From contig NW_005434671.1 in the NCBI RefSeq assembly GCF_000315625.1, positions 1,177,432 through 1,241,431 on the forward strand: a DNA stretch of 64,000 bases. The letters are read 5' to 3'. Below the pieces are notes generated by a model. That model searched no databases. It was not told where the DNA came from and worked only from the letters and a program-made list of their open reading frames with translations. Source of the stretch: Guillardia theta CCMP2712. Taxonomy: Eukaryota; Protista; Cryptophyta. Shown here in pieces: positions 12,290 through 25,117 of this stretch (its first letter is position 1; every line of letters starts with the position of its first letter). A program made the position numbers and the translations under genes.

Positions 12290-12575
12290 TTACTCCTCCT
12301 CTTCTTTCCCATCCTCCTCCTCCTCCTCCTCCGCCTCTACCACAACCATCATCTCCTCCTCCACCTCCTCCTCCTCCTCCTCCTCTACCACAACCATCAT
12401 CTCTTCCTCCTCCTCCTCCTCCTCCACCTCCACCTCCTCCTCCTTTTCGACGACCGCCAGCNNNNNNNNNNNNNNNNNNNNNNNNNNNNNNNNNNNNNNN
12501 NNNNNNNNNNNNNNNNNNNNNNNNNNNNNNNNNNNNNNNNNNNNNNNNNNNNNNNNNNNNNCTCCTCCTCCCTTC
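12290..12575. repeat. (CCT)n low-complexity tract containing an assembly gap (N 12462-12561)
   Basis: Directly visible. Confidence 0.9.
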
Positions 12576-12999
12576 CTCGTTTCCCATCAACTGTCTGCCA
12601 TGGTCGGTCTTCCCATGCGTATCTCCTCAGTAACTAGTTACTGCTGGTACCTTGTGTCGGGACACCCACGGGGGCCGTAAATGTCCTTGGCGTGGGGGTA
12701 GGAGAAGGTTGGAAGGGGGGGTACTACGGTAGGGGTTCGGGGTCCACGCCGAGGGGTCACGGTATGGCCAACAAAGTGATGAGTAAAATTTTGGGCCCAG
12801 GATCTCACTGACGGTTACGCCGGGCGCGGCCCGGCCCCGGTGCCCGGGGCCGGGGCTCCGACGGTTCCGAGTTTGGTTGGACCGTACCGTTCACTGAGTG
12901 GCTGCCCCGTCACCCCGCTGGGCCTCGCACGGTGTTCGTGCGGCAGTCACTGCCAGTGGCAACCGTTGTACGTTTTGAATACTGAGCAGGCGCCGCAGG

Positions 13000-15210
13000 T
13001 GTCTCAGTGCAATGATCGTCAGCTCTACTTCAGCCTCATACTTCTTTACTCGCATGGCCTCTAGAGCTGCGCGAAGTTGACGTAGCGTAGACTTCCAGCG
13101 GTCCCTTCACTAACACCATCACCTCCGCCTTGATCGCTTCCGAGGCTGGGATGTCGAAGCGAAGTAGAAGCCCCTGGCAGTGGATCTCAGTGACTGACTT
13201 CTCATCAGGTCAGGGCAAAGAGGCGAACCTTCGAGTGAGCAAGAGACTTTCCTTCAGCGTTTCCAGAGTGAACAGCAAGGGGAGCAATGAGAACACTGCC
13301 ATCGTCCTGCTTGACTAGCTCATGTCCTCGTATCAGAGCCTCTTTGGCCTCTTGCAGACTGCAACAAGGTCAACTGTATGCAACTCTCCTCCCCTCTCAC
13401 CTGTTGAAGGCCCTTTGAGCCTCTTCAAATCGATCCGCATGTTTGTCCGGGTGCACCCTGAGCGAACATTTGCTGCCAGACTCCCGTCAGCAACTTCTTG
13501 CTTCGACGCACATGACAGGAATGAACCGAAACTGTCGCTCAATCGCGGCATGACTTGGTCCCCCTTCCAACAGCAGAGCTTGCAGCTCGATGTAGCTTGC
13601 AGAAAGCGCACCATCCTGAATTGCGATACCTTGAGATACCTTCTATGCATGGACAGGGGCTTACAAGAGAGATGTTTGTGTTTTCCTTTGGCCTGTCTGC
13701 CTCAATTCGAGCTGCTAGAGCTTCATAAAGCTGTAGAAACATCAGAAATAGATGGAGATTGGAAGAGGTCACCTCATCCAGGTAAACTTTCGATCTGTGT
13801 AGAACGTCTACTATCACCACGACGCTCCCAACCTTGAGCTGAACAGCAGAGAATGATTGGGAGCCTTCCTCTCTCCTCCCCTTTCATTACCTGACTAATG
13901 ATGTCTTGATAGAATGCGTATCCTGCGTTCCTATCCTTCTCCTGCCAGACAATGTTTTCAGCAGAGCGTAGAGCACAACAAACCAAGAACAACCTGAGCC
14001 TCGAACACACAGTAGCTGAAGATCACAAGGCTGGGAGGATCGACATCTTCGCCGAAGACAGCTTCCCAACCCTTCATATTGGGACCCTTCCAGTCTTCGA
14101 ATTTGAACTGCATGTCGGAGTACTTCAAAACCTGCTGACAATCCGCCTCGTCTTGGTGCTTCTCGTTCGTTTCTTCATTCGAAACGTTCTGAGTCAAGTT
14201 CTCCTGATCTTCACTGTTGCTCTGTACAGAATTTACAATGTTCTCGATGTTGTCCATGATGTCAGCTTTGCTCGTGAGAGCGTCTTTGCTACATCTCATG
14301 TCATCATCTTTCAAAGACAGCTCTTTCAAAACCTGAATCTTGCGTTCACATCTACGGTTTCAAGGTTCATGAATACTGCAGGCATGAGTTTCGCTCCCTC
14401 AAGCAAACTCTTGAGCTGCGGCAAAACCTTTCTCCATCGCTTCGTGCTAAGGAGCGCAAAGTCAGAAGACCTCATGATACATACAACATGTCACAAGTTA
14501 CCCGTCTGTATCCAAGATTGTACAAAACATTGTGCGACTGCTCATAAAAAGTTTGGAGATCCAAAGGAGAGCTGCTGGCTCAGATCCTCCTCCATTCCCC
14601 ACAACTAGAGTACGAAGAGGGGGCATGATAGCCTCCTCTGCATTCGGTTCCTTGAGCTCGATGTTCAGCAACCGTGTTAAGGACTCTTTGCACTGTTGGA
14701 TTTCAGGATCGTTCTTCTCACGGTTGGAAGAAAAGATGTGCTGGAAGATGCTGACAATGGCCTTGGACCAAGAGTCAAAACAGCATCGAAAGAATTCCGA
14801 CAGACCTGCCCTCTCCGTTCAAACTTTTGCGATACAAAACTTCTCTGCAACTGAGAAATTTCTTCTTCCTCGGAATTCCTCTTCTTGGTTTTACTTTGCT
14901 CCATAGCAAACAGATACGCAACACGAGTGCGGTCGAACCATTCAAAGACTTCTTCTGGGAGCATCTCCTCCTGTTCTTTCCCACGCTGTGATCTCTTCTG
15001 ACGAAACTCAACATTCGCCTGTGATTGAAGAATGAATCCGCATTTGTCGACTTTCCATCCTGCTTACCTGCAGAGTCTCTATCCTCTTCTTCTCTTCCCA
15101 TTGCAGCTCTTTTGGAGACAAGCCGCTCTTTTTTGACTCCTGTTTCCATGCGGGCTGAGGCTTCCTTGGCATTTTCAACCCTTGCCACTTTCGGAGACAA
15201 CAACTTTGCC
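13000..15210 (-). CDS. multi-exon hypothetical protein
   Basis: Chain of minus-strand open segments (MLPEEVFEWFDRTRVAYLF; FEDWKGPNMKGWEAVFGEDVDPP; IVDVLHRSKVYLDEV) with intron-like interruptions; boundaries approximate. Confidence 0.55.
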
Positions 15211-15972
15211 ACTTTTCTCGCTATCCAGCTGTTCTTTCCTTCACTGCCCGCCTCCACCAGCACAAACCTATCCTGACTCTCTTACGCTTCCTGTGTTTCT
15301 GCTCCTACTCTCCTTTCCTTGCCCTCCTTCCCTGCCACTCACGCCGCCCCTCCTCGCATGACGCACGTGAAGTGCATGGAGTGTCGACCGTTATGTGAGG
15401 AATGTTCTACAATAACGATATGCAACCACTGTACAGCGATGTAACGGTACATAACGACCCATAAATGTAACTGCCCGTGTCCTCATCCCCCCTCGTTCAC
15501 TTGCCTCTTTGTGGTGCCCCCTGAGTACCCCCACCCCCACATGTAAATCTATGACGACCAAATACCCTGTGTCTTGACCGTCATTCTTGCTAAGATGTAC
15601 CCGTATATCTATACCCCTACCCCCATTAAATCCTGCAGGCTTGCCTCCTGCGTTCACCAGAAGTCGCCATGGTGTTGATCGACGTGGAGGAGCGAGGTGA
15701 GGGGAGGAGGTGGAACGCGAGGAGGAGGCCGAGGAGAGGAGGGGAAGAGAGCAAGAATATGGGAGCGGGAAGGTTAATGATAGAATGTAGAGAAGTCTAG
15801 TGACCTCGTGGAAGGCACCGAACAAGAAGGTGTCAGGGAATGGTGATTTGCTGTTCTTCTCAGATATTGGGATGGTCAAAGGGCATATGGAATTAGCGGA
15901 GAGTGTGACTGAGCAGATGAATGAATAAGAGAGAGAGGAGAGAGGAGAACAAGGGCATCGAAAGTTATACTG

Positions 15973-16525
15973 ATGACTCCAAATGCAGAATCGTACGGGA
16001 CTTTTTCAGACGATGACATAGCTGGACTGAGGAGCGAGGCGTCTCAAAGAGAGGTGACTCTCACTCTTCCTGCATGCTATGAAAGTGACTGCATGTTGAT
16101 AGATCGCGCGCTCCAACCCCCGCTTCATCGAAGAGCACGAGAAACCTTTTCACTTGCCATGGTTCACCAAGATTATGATCGGCATCGCCGTGCTGGGATT
16201 CATGTGCATCGGAACTCTCCTCCTCACCGCATTCTTCTCCGGCAAGTTGGGCATGATGTCTGTGACGCGAGGAGATCTAGCGAAGTTGGCGACCATCTCT
16301 GGTGTGCCAGGAGTGCGCAAGTCGAAGCTGCTCAAGGCGGCTCTGAGCGAAGGGAAGTACTGTGAAGAGCATCCTCACTCCAAGGAGTGCCAGGAGCTGA
16401 ATACGAGCGTGTACGGGACGAGGATCCCCAAGGGAAGGATCAAGAAGACTGTGTTCAAGGGGCTCATCGACTACAACAAGATCAAGAAGATCCCCAGCAT
16501 TGCTGGTGACTCTCTTGCAAGATAA
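15973..16525 (+). CDS. small single-pass membrane protein, 2 exons
   Basis: MTPNAESYGTF...SQRE, GT-AG intron ~16054-16102, then IARSNPRF...IMIGIAVLGFMCIGTLLLTAFF (TM). Confidence 0.75.
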
Positions 16526-16721
16526 GAAAGAGAACTTGACATCTTGCCCGTGGGGGTTGTGCGGTTCATGTGGAGATGGTGACGAAAGCTATACACGCGT
16601 TTTGAAACATTTTTGGACCTCATTTGGACGTGTGAATTACTAGTTTGATCCTAACCTTAAAGTGCATCGTAAAACTTCCTCCTCCTCCCCTTCATGCTTG
16701 TCTTATTCGCTGCCTTCTTTG

Positions 16722-19700
16722 TCACACCTCTCCTGTTCCTGTTGTGCTCGTGAGCTTGATGTGCGGTAGGTACCCACCTGCTGCATAGCTCTCCAGCATA
16801 GCTTTCAATCGAGTCAGGTTGACTAATACTTGGGTTCCATGCTCAAGCTTTGGCTGATAGTAGAGAGACGGTAGATGAGAATTCAAGGTCTCCTCTCCTC
16901 GTAGATACTGCTGCCCTGCAGTGCGATATAAATCTCCGAAGGCTTCATTGGTTGACATACAAGCAGGGAGTGATCGCTGACAGGAAGCGAGAGAGAAGGC
17001 TGCCAAGCTCGCAAGTCGGGCTTTGATCCAGCGACAGAGTCCCTGCAGCCATCTGGAAGTGAGACAACGAAAGCAGCAGTCAGGTGAGGAGGAACATTAA
17101 AGGTCTCGGCAGGAGGGAGGAGCGGTCCTCCAAGTTTGAGCTCTGCTACCCCTCAGCCATGTCCCAGCATCCGAAAGATTTCACCTCATCCTCCTGTGCT
17201 GTTTCACCGACGTACCCGCGCATGCCTTGCTCAACCGGATCCTGCAGGCAGAGATCGACATGCCTCACTTGCCATGAGCTCCCAGCATGTGGGCAAGGAA
17301 GAGGCGGAGGAGAAAGCAGAGGAAAGGGCATCGAGACTCCAATGCTCTGCAGTACGCAGGCTGCAATCCACCAATCGAACCAGCGTCTCACGCGTCTGAG
17401 GACAGCATTAGGGAGCAAAAGAGAAGGAGAGGATGAAGCAGGGGTCGGCAAGAAGAGAGAAAGGAGAGAAAGGAGAGAAAGGAGAGATGAGTAGGTGAAG
17501 AGACTAAGGCAACCTCAGCCGGACCCTTGTGAAGGAGGTATAAGACTTGAGGACGAAAGATTGACTGGCTTCTTGTGTGTAGAGTAGCTTCTGGCATGCG
17601 ACAAGAGAAGAGTGCCAACGGAAGAAGAATCTCATGATGAGGAGTTTGGTCTTTTGTATCATGATCTGCATGTCAATCAGCGAACATTAGCTGAGAAGAC
17701 TCTTTCTTTGACATATTCGATATGAACTCTCAAGATTGCTCGATTGGATGTTGAGAGTGACCAGAATTGAAACAAGTCCTTTGTCAACCTTTTCGTCCAG
17801 GCACGCTGCCTGTGAACAACATTTCAACTTGCAGCCCTCAGCATGTTTCCTTTCGCAAGACCTCTGAGATGCGATCTTTGATGACCGTTGTATTTCCCCA
17901 GTCTTGATTTTCCAAGATGCAAGTGCTCTCCACCGCGTCTTCGTCTCTTTTCTGCGGAGCAAATTCTCGATCTTCGCCCTCAGCTCGTACCTTGTCGAGA
18001 TCTGAGAATTGTTGTCAAGCTATCAGATTTTGGCTCATCTTCTACAGTTGCACCATATCGTCCCATCTCCTGAAGGCGGCTCGTTGATGCTTCTGGTTGC
18101 GCCTTTTACGATGAACTGAAAGGACCTGCAGCATGATCAGGAGGAAACTAGAAATGTGAGCAAAAATGACCATCTCTCGGCATGACGACCCGACAATCCA
18201 CTTTCGAAGGATCTTTGAGAGATTCATCTTCATCTACGCAACACAGTCAACCTCATTCGTGGAGTTTTCTTCAATCAATCTCACTTGCAGACTTTCAAAC
18301 TCTTGTGCTCTGCTTGCTTCCGTCTCTCTTCTCCAGATACAGAGATGTCGGCTGAGATTCTTCTTTTCGCGCGTATTCTCATGTCGTTTCAACAACTTCA
18401 TCCTGTTTAGCAAGGTTTTCATGCGAGCGAAGAAGGTGGATTTCAATCTTTGAGATTCCATCCAAGTGTAGACTTGCCGACATCGATCTGTCATGTTGCT
18501 AGGACGGGCACGAGGTCCACGTGAGAATTTAAGAAGCGACTGTACGAGAACACGAGATGTGATCTCCAATTCCCGATTGCTGTTGTTACTTGCCTTGCAC
18601 ATGATGTCAGCAATAAGATTCCATTCCCTCACTGCTGAAAACAACAAAAGTGTTTGAGCCGATCTCTCTCTCTTTCTCCTCATTGCCTTCCATTTTATCC
18701 ACGCATGTCTGAAAAGCCTATAGGAAACCAGGTAAGAAATGTTGTAGAAATGACTCTGGAGGCCTCGTTTTCGTTCAGCATATTTCTGCCACCTGAAGAA
18801 TGATGTCTGGAACGAACTTATCAAACGCACATATCAGCTGGAGAGGTTACCTCTGCTGTAAGATGTTTACGAACAAGACCAGACTCCAACGAGATTCCCC
18901 ACCTACAAAACTTTCTTCAGGACAAATATGTTGCCATATCACGATAGCTCTTCATTCCTGGATCGCAGCTCTGCCATTCTGTGGCATTCTAACACGAAGT
19001 GAGACAGTAAATGCACACTGGAGATGTGTTGTTGAATCTTCTCCTTCAAGACATGCACTCGTTTGAACTGTTGGGGATTGGTTCGTACTTCACTTTTCAC
19101 TTGGAACTACCGAGATCGGTGAGAGAGGTGTCACAGAGAAAAGCAATCACCATCTGAATCTTGTCTATATGGCCCAGCCCCTGATCATACAAGTTGGACA
19201 TAACCTTTCCTCTTTGTTCTTGTGAAATGATCCGTTTCACATCTTGAAGATCCTGAAAGCTGCATTGTTACACCTCCTCGAAGAGATGTCACGTACCGAC
19301 ACATCATGTCTTCTTGCTGCATCCAATGATTCTTCCATCGTCATCAAAGCGGTATGAATCGAGCTTTGCAAATCTTTGATCATAGAGCTCAACTCCAGCA
19401 CATCTTCAATTTCATTGATGCTCTTGTGGACAGCGTTGGACTGAAGACTTTCAACGAATTCAGAGCGCTGACACTCGAATGAGTCATACATCTGCGACAG
19501 CTGAGCACGCAGATCTGCTTGGCTCGACGCTAAAGCTATCAACTCTGATCCCATGAATTCCTCAAAGTCTCTCCCATGAGCGGGCTGACCATTCTTCATC
19601 TCCAGCTCTGGTATAGGCCCAGCTGGCAGGCGCTTCAACATTGGTTCTGGTTTCGTGATTTTCTTCTTTGAAAAACCATCCGATTGTGAAGATCTACATG

Positions 19701-19850
19701 ACCTTGAACGTGGTTTGCTGACTTCGTTCCGCATCCAGGCCTGGGGCGCCTGCTTCACAAGAAGTTACTGTCAAGACCAACAAGGCGGCACCGGCTCAAT
19801 AGGTAGAGTATCATCTCTTCGAACTCATTCTTTCGTCTCAGAAATCTCTT
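16722..19850 (-). CDS. multi-exon basic helical protein with Sfi1-like (F/W-x-x-W) repeats
   Basis: Recurrent FFRWQK, AWIKWK, LCIWRR, FFFRWH, WFDWW, LCRWIK motifs in successive exons; could be two genes; start uncertain. Confidence 0.5.
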
Positions 19851-20147
19851 ATCACATGATGCCTCTGCCTCTTCTACCTCTTGACCTCAGCCATGCCATG
19901 CAAAAAAGTTCCCGCCGCTCGGAACTTGACAAGCTACAAAACCCTTTTATTATCCGAGCCCGCGCGGGCCGCCGATTCGGATGGTCCGGCGATGGCACTG
20001 GGTCCGATCCGATCACTCGGCGCGGCGGTCACGCCGTCACATGATTAACCGGCCGGTCCCGGGCCCAGTTGAAGGTTAGTAGATGAGTGCGGCATGCCAT
20101 TGAAATTGAGTTGACGGTAAAGAAAGATTACACCGTCTTATTTCTCT

Positions 20148-21554
20148 TCAAAATTGAGGTTCTAAGCTCGTGTTGCGAGTAGTCGCGGACTTCTTGACCG
20201 GTACCTGCAGCCCCCCCGGTACTACCTCCACCGAGTACGACCCTCGCTCCCGGATCGGGTTGAAAAGCTCGTGATGCTCCGCAACCCACTCCTGGCTCTT
20301 CTGGTGCAAGCTCTCCATGCTCGTCGTCGACGCAACCGTATCCTTGATCCCAAAGCTCTGCAGACTGCATCGCCTGAGTACCTGCTTGCCCTCGTCAGAC
20401 CCTCGGACTGCTTCGGACATGGCGATGCACTAATATCACCCCGTCGCCTCTGACGCCATGCTTGACGTCCTTGACCAGGTCGTCTTGCAAGCTGCTCCTC
20501 CTGTCGACAGCCTTGCTGCCTTGGTTCAAGCTCACATGCAGGTCGATGGGCCTGTCGATGTCTCCGTACGGATCCAGCTGCGCCAGCACCCAAGCACACT
20601 CGCTCTCAGCCCCGGGCCCTCACACGCGCAGCAGAGCGCTGCCTTACCTGCTGCCGATGCCTCTCCTCCTTGTCGTCGTCCCGCACGTGCAGCATGAGCA
20701 TCCGGGAGACGAGGCCGACTTTCTTCTCTACGGAGTGCTCTTTCGAGCTCCTCTCATGCTTGTACTTGAGGTCGTGCCCTAGCCACTCGTTTGTTACTTC
20801 ACAGTGTCTCACGTACTCGTGATCCGCTGGCTTCACGCCCTCCACCCGCATCCCAAAGTACGTCCTGTACCCCTTGGTGTCCTTGAGGCTCCGCACCTCT
20901 ATCGTCGCCTCGACCGGTAGCGCCTTCCTCCCCGCCTGCTGGCTCTTGCCGTACAGCAGCATGCTCCCTGCCTCGCTCCGTCCCTCTCCGCGGATGCCCT
21001 CCAGCAGTCTGTCACGGTCCGCTGCCTTGGTGGCCGGGCCCAGCAGCTGCCTGTCCTTGCCCTTGTCAGCATCGACGGAGTCCTACAGGCTTGCTCCTCC
21101 TGCCTTACCTGAGCGGGAGGCCTGCGTCCGGCACTTGACCGAAGAGCTTCTCGAAGGGCTTGTTGGCGACGAGCAGCATGGGCTCGCCATCGGGGCTTTT
21201 CTTGAGGCCGACGGCGAAGGGGGTCTGGGCTCTGAAGTCGGAGCTGGCCTGGATCATGTCGATTTCGCGGAGGAAGCGGAAGTTTGCGTCGGCGATACCT
21301 GTTGTCTTTGTCTGCTTTCTTGGAGTTTTCACGTTTGCAGGCTCTTGAGGAAACAGATCGTTCTTTTGCCGTATGTTACGTGTCTGTATCTTGGCAGGCT
21401 CGCAACAACGTAGGAGGAAGCGCAGAGGGGGGAGGTCGGTGAGCTGCCATGGAGGCTGCGGGTTCGGATCGCTGTTCTGCGGATCCATTCTTGCAAGAGC
21501 AGATCTTGTTTTTCGTCGCTCAGGACAAGGTCTGCTGCTAGGGCGTTTCTTCAT
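20148..21554 (-). CDS. LOV-like PAS-domain protein, paralog A (4 exons)
   Basis: Spliced product FAVGLKKSPDGEPMLLVANKPFEKLFG..GLPLRQLLGPAT..LLYGKS..SLKDTKGYRTYFGMRV follows the PAS/LOV pattern; three GT-AG introns. Confidence 0.75.
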
Positions 21555-21923
21555 ATGGTGTCAAATAGAAAATTGTTTTCCTCGACCATATGTCTGAGAC
21601 CTCACCAAGCAATCTCAGAATCACTTAACTTTTTTCGGACTCGGCATTGAAAAGGCTAGTCAAATCCCCGATCTTTTTTTTTGCGGAGTCGAATCCAGCG
21701 GCGCCGCGGCCCGGCCCGGCGGCAGCGTACGGTCCGGGTGCAGCATCACTGAGTGCCGGCGATGCGGCCGAGGGCCGGCACCCAGGCTGGTCCGATCATC
21801 CCCGGGCCCGGCATGGACTGAGGTCGACTCAGGAGACCGTCGACGGGGCCGCTGCGCCGACGGGACACTCCGGCCCCGCGGTAAGCTTTGTGCAATGTGA
21901 ATCATTTGGACTGAGAATTTTCA

Positions 21924-23324
21924 CTAATGGAGCATCAAAGGATGCTTAACCGGTACCTGCAGCCCCCCCGGTACTACCTCCACCGAGTACGACCCTCGCT
22001 CCCGGATCGGGTTGAAAAGCTCGCGATGCTCCGCAACCCACTCCTGGCTCTTCTGGTGCAAGCTCTCCATGCTCGTCGTCGACGCAACCGTATCCTTGAT
22101 CCCAAAGCTCTGCAGACTGCATCGCCTAAGTACCTGCTTGCCCTCGTCAGACCCTCGGACTGCTTCGGACATGGCGATGCACTAATATCACCCCGTCGCC
22201 TCTGACGCCATGCTTGACGTCCTTGACCAGGTCGTCTCTGCTCCTCCTGTCGACAGCCTTGCTGCCTTGGTTCAAGCTCACATGCAGGTCGATGGGCCTG
22301 TCGATGTCTCCGTACGGATCCAGCTGCGCCAGCACCCAAACACACTCGCTCTCAGCCCCGGGCCCTCACACGCGCAGCAGAGCGCTGCCTTACCTGCTGC
22401 CGATGCCTCTCCTCCTTGTCGTCGTCCCGCACGTGCAGCATGAGCATCCGGGAGACGAGGCCGACTTTCTTCTCTACGGAGTGCTCTTTCGAGCTCCTCT
22501 CATGCTTGTACTTGAGGTCGTGCCCTAGCCACTCGTTTGATGTTTGACAGTGTCTCACGTACTCGTGATCCGCTGGCTTCACGCCCTCCACCCGCATCCC
22601 AAAGTACGTCCTGTACCCCTTGGTGTCCTTGAGGCTCCGCACCTCTATCGTCGCCTCGACCGGTAGCGCCTTCCTCCCCGCCTGCTGGCTCTTGCCGTAC
22701 AGCAGCATGCTCCCTGCCTCGCTCCGTCCCTCTCCGCGGATGCCCTCCAGCAGTCTGTCACGGTCCGCTGCCTTGGTGGCCGGGCCCAGCAGCTGCCTGT
22801 CCTTGCCCTTGTCAGCATCGACGGAGTCCTACAGGCTTGCTCCTCCTGCCTTACCTGAGCGGGAGGCCTGCGTCCGGCACTTGACCGAAGAGCTTCTCGA
22901 AGGGCTTGTTGGCGACGAGCAGCATGGGCTCGCCATCGGGGCTTTTCTTGAGGCCGACGGCGAAGGGGGTCTGGGCTCTGTAGTCGGAGCTGGCCTTGGT
23001 TCTGTCAACCTCGCAGAGGAAGCGGAAGCTTGCGTTTGCGATTCTAGTAGGCTTGTTCTGCATAGGAGATCTCTGTGCCTGAGTATGCAAACTGCTTGTA
23101 TGTACATTTCGTGGCGTCAGATTGTTGTCAGCAATGTCTTGTCTCACTTCAGCAGCCTGGAAACGATTGTGATGCACTAGGTGGGATCTTTTAATTGTTT
23201 TGGATTCGCAGCATTTTGGGATGATGGATGGAAGAGGAAAGATATCGCCCAAAGACCATTGGGGAGTCACTGACGTGTCCTGTTCTTTCCTGGAATCCCC
23301 TCCCCTGCAGTCGCACTGCAGCAT
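21924..23324 (-). CDS. LOV-like PAS-domain protein, paralog B
   Basis: Core near-identical to A and C, own N-terminus and own tail (KHPLMLH*). Confidence 0.75.
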
Positions 23325-23531
23325 GTTTAACAGCTGCCCGGTCTGTCGCTTCGCGTGCTGACGAGTCTCTTGGGCCGTGGGTACACATTTTCACTCATCG
23401 GAATAATAAGTTTTTAGTTCAATTTAGTAGTCACCTGTGGCGGGCCCGGCTTCCGGGGTCCGAAAGCCCGGCCAAGAGGGCAAAAGTTGACTCTATATGA
23501 CTAGGTACGTCTCCCAGGAGCCGTACAACTC

Positions 23532-24824
23532 ATGCCACAAGGCAAACACGAAGAATGCGAGGCTGAACAGCAGCCCCCATGGCAGCTCACCGACCTCCTC
23601 CCTCTCCACTCCTTCCAACGTTGTTGCGAGCCTGCCAAGATACAGACACGAGTCGTGAAACAAAAAATTGACCCCCTCCCTATCTCCAAGCCTACCACAA
23701 CAGCTGACACAAGATTCCGCTTCCTCTGCGAGGTTGACAGAACCAAGGCCAGCTCCGACTTCAGAGCCCAGACCCCCTTCGCCGTCGGCCTCAAGAAAAG
23801 CCCCGATGGCGAGCCCATGCTGCTCGTCGCCAACAAGCCCTTCGAGAAGCTCTTCGGGCAAGTGCCGGACGCAGGCCTCCCGCTCAGGTAAGGCAGGAGG
23901 AGCAAGCCTGTAGGACTCCGTCGATGCTGACAAGGGCAAGGACAGGCAGCTGCTGGGCCCGGCCACCAAGGCAGCGGACCGTGACAGACTGCTGGAGGGC
24001 ATCCGCGGAGAGGGAAGGAGCGAGGCAGGGAGCATGCTGCTGTACGGCAAGAGCCAGCAGGCGGGGAGGAAGGCGCTACCGGTCGAGGCGACGATAGAGG
24101 TGCGGAGCCTCAAGGACACCAAGGGGTACAGGACGTACTTTGGGATGCGGGTGGAGGGCGTGAAGCCAGCGGATCACGAGTACGTGAGACACTGTCAAAC
24201 ATCAAACGAGTGGCTAGAGCACGACCTCAAGTACAAGCATGAGAGGAGCTCGAAAGAGCACTCCGTAGAGAAGAAAGTCGGCCTCGTCTCCCGGATGCTC
24301 ATGCTGCACGTGCGGGACGACGACAAGGAGGAGAGGCATCGGCAGCAGGTAAGGCAGCGCTCTGCTGCGCGTGTGAGGGCCCGGGGCTGAGAGCGAGTGT
24401 GCTTGGGTGCTGGCGCAGCTGGATCCGTACGGAGACATCGACAGGCCCATCGACCTGCATGTGAGCTTGAACCAAGGCAGCAAGGCTGTCGACAGGAGGA
24501 GCAGAGACGACCTGGTCAAGGACGTCAAGCATGGCGTCAGAGGCGACGGGGTGATATTAGTGCATCGCCATGTCCGAAGCAGTCCGAGGGTCTGACGAGG
24601 GCAAGCAGGTACTCAGGCGATGCAGTCTGCAGAGCTTTGGGATCAAGGATACGGTTGCGTCGACGACAAGCATGGTGAGCTTGCACCAGAAGAGCCAGGA
24701 GTGGGTTGCGGAGCATCGCGAGCTTTTCAACCCGATCCGGGAGCGAGGGTCGTACTCGGTGGAGGTAGTACCGGGGGGGCTGCAGGTACCAGTCAGGACC
24801 CTATCCATAGACGATTGCACGTGA
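23532..24824 (+). CDS. LOV-like PAS-domain protein, paralog C
   Basis: Inverted copy; introns gtaaggc..ggacag, gtaaggc..gcgcag, gtgatat..aagcag restore one continuous frame. Confidence 0.78.
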
Positions 24825-25117
24825 AGAAGCATCGTTGTGTCTGCTGATTTGGATCACTTGTTTTCTTAGAAGTGTATTTGTCCTTGCTTTTGTTTTTAAG
24901 TACATGATATTATGCTTGCTCTTACAATCTAGAATCCTTTGATTTCCAGTCATAGCTTATCATCATAGATGTTCATGGTTTCTCTTCACATAATGGCACG
25001 GCCACCAGCTTCGGAATAGGCAACTTCACTCCCTCGTTATTTGCTGTTCATACTTGTGTTCGACATATACAGAGGATTGGCTTCAAGCAACTTTCCGTAA
25101 CTGAAATGATGAAGTAG

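Noticed and set aside
12155-12637. Formin/extensin-like poly-Pro ORF
   Set aside because: (CCT)n tract across an N gap, open in most frames; no flanking domain
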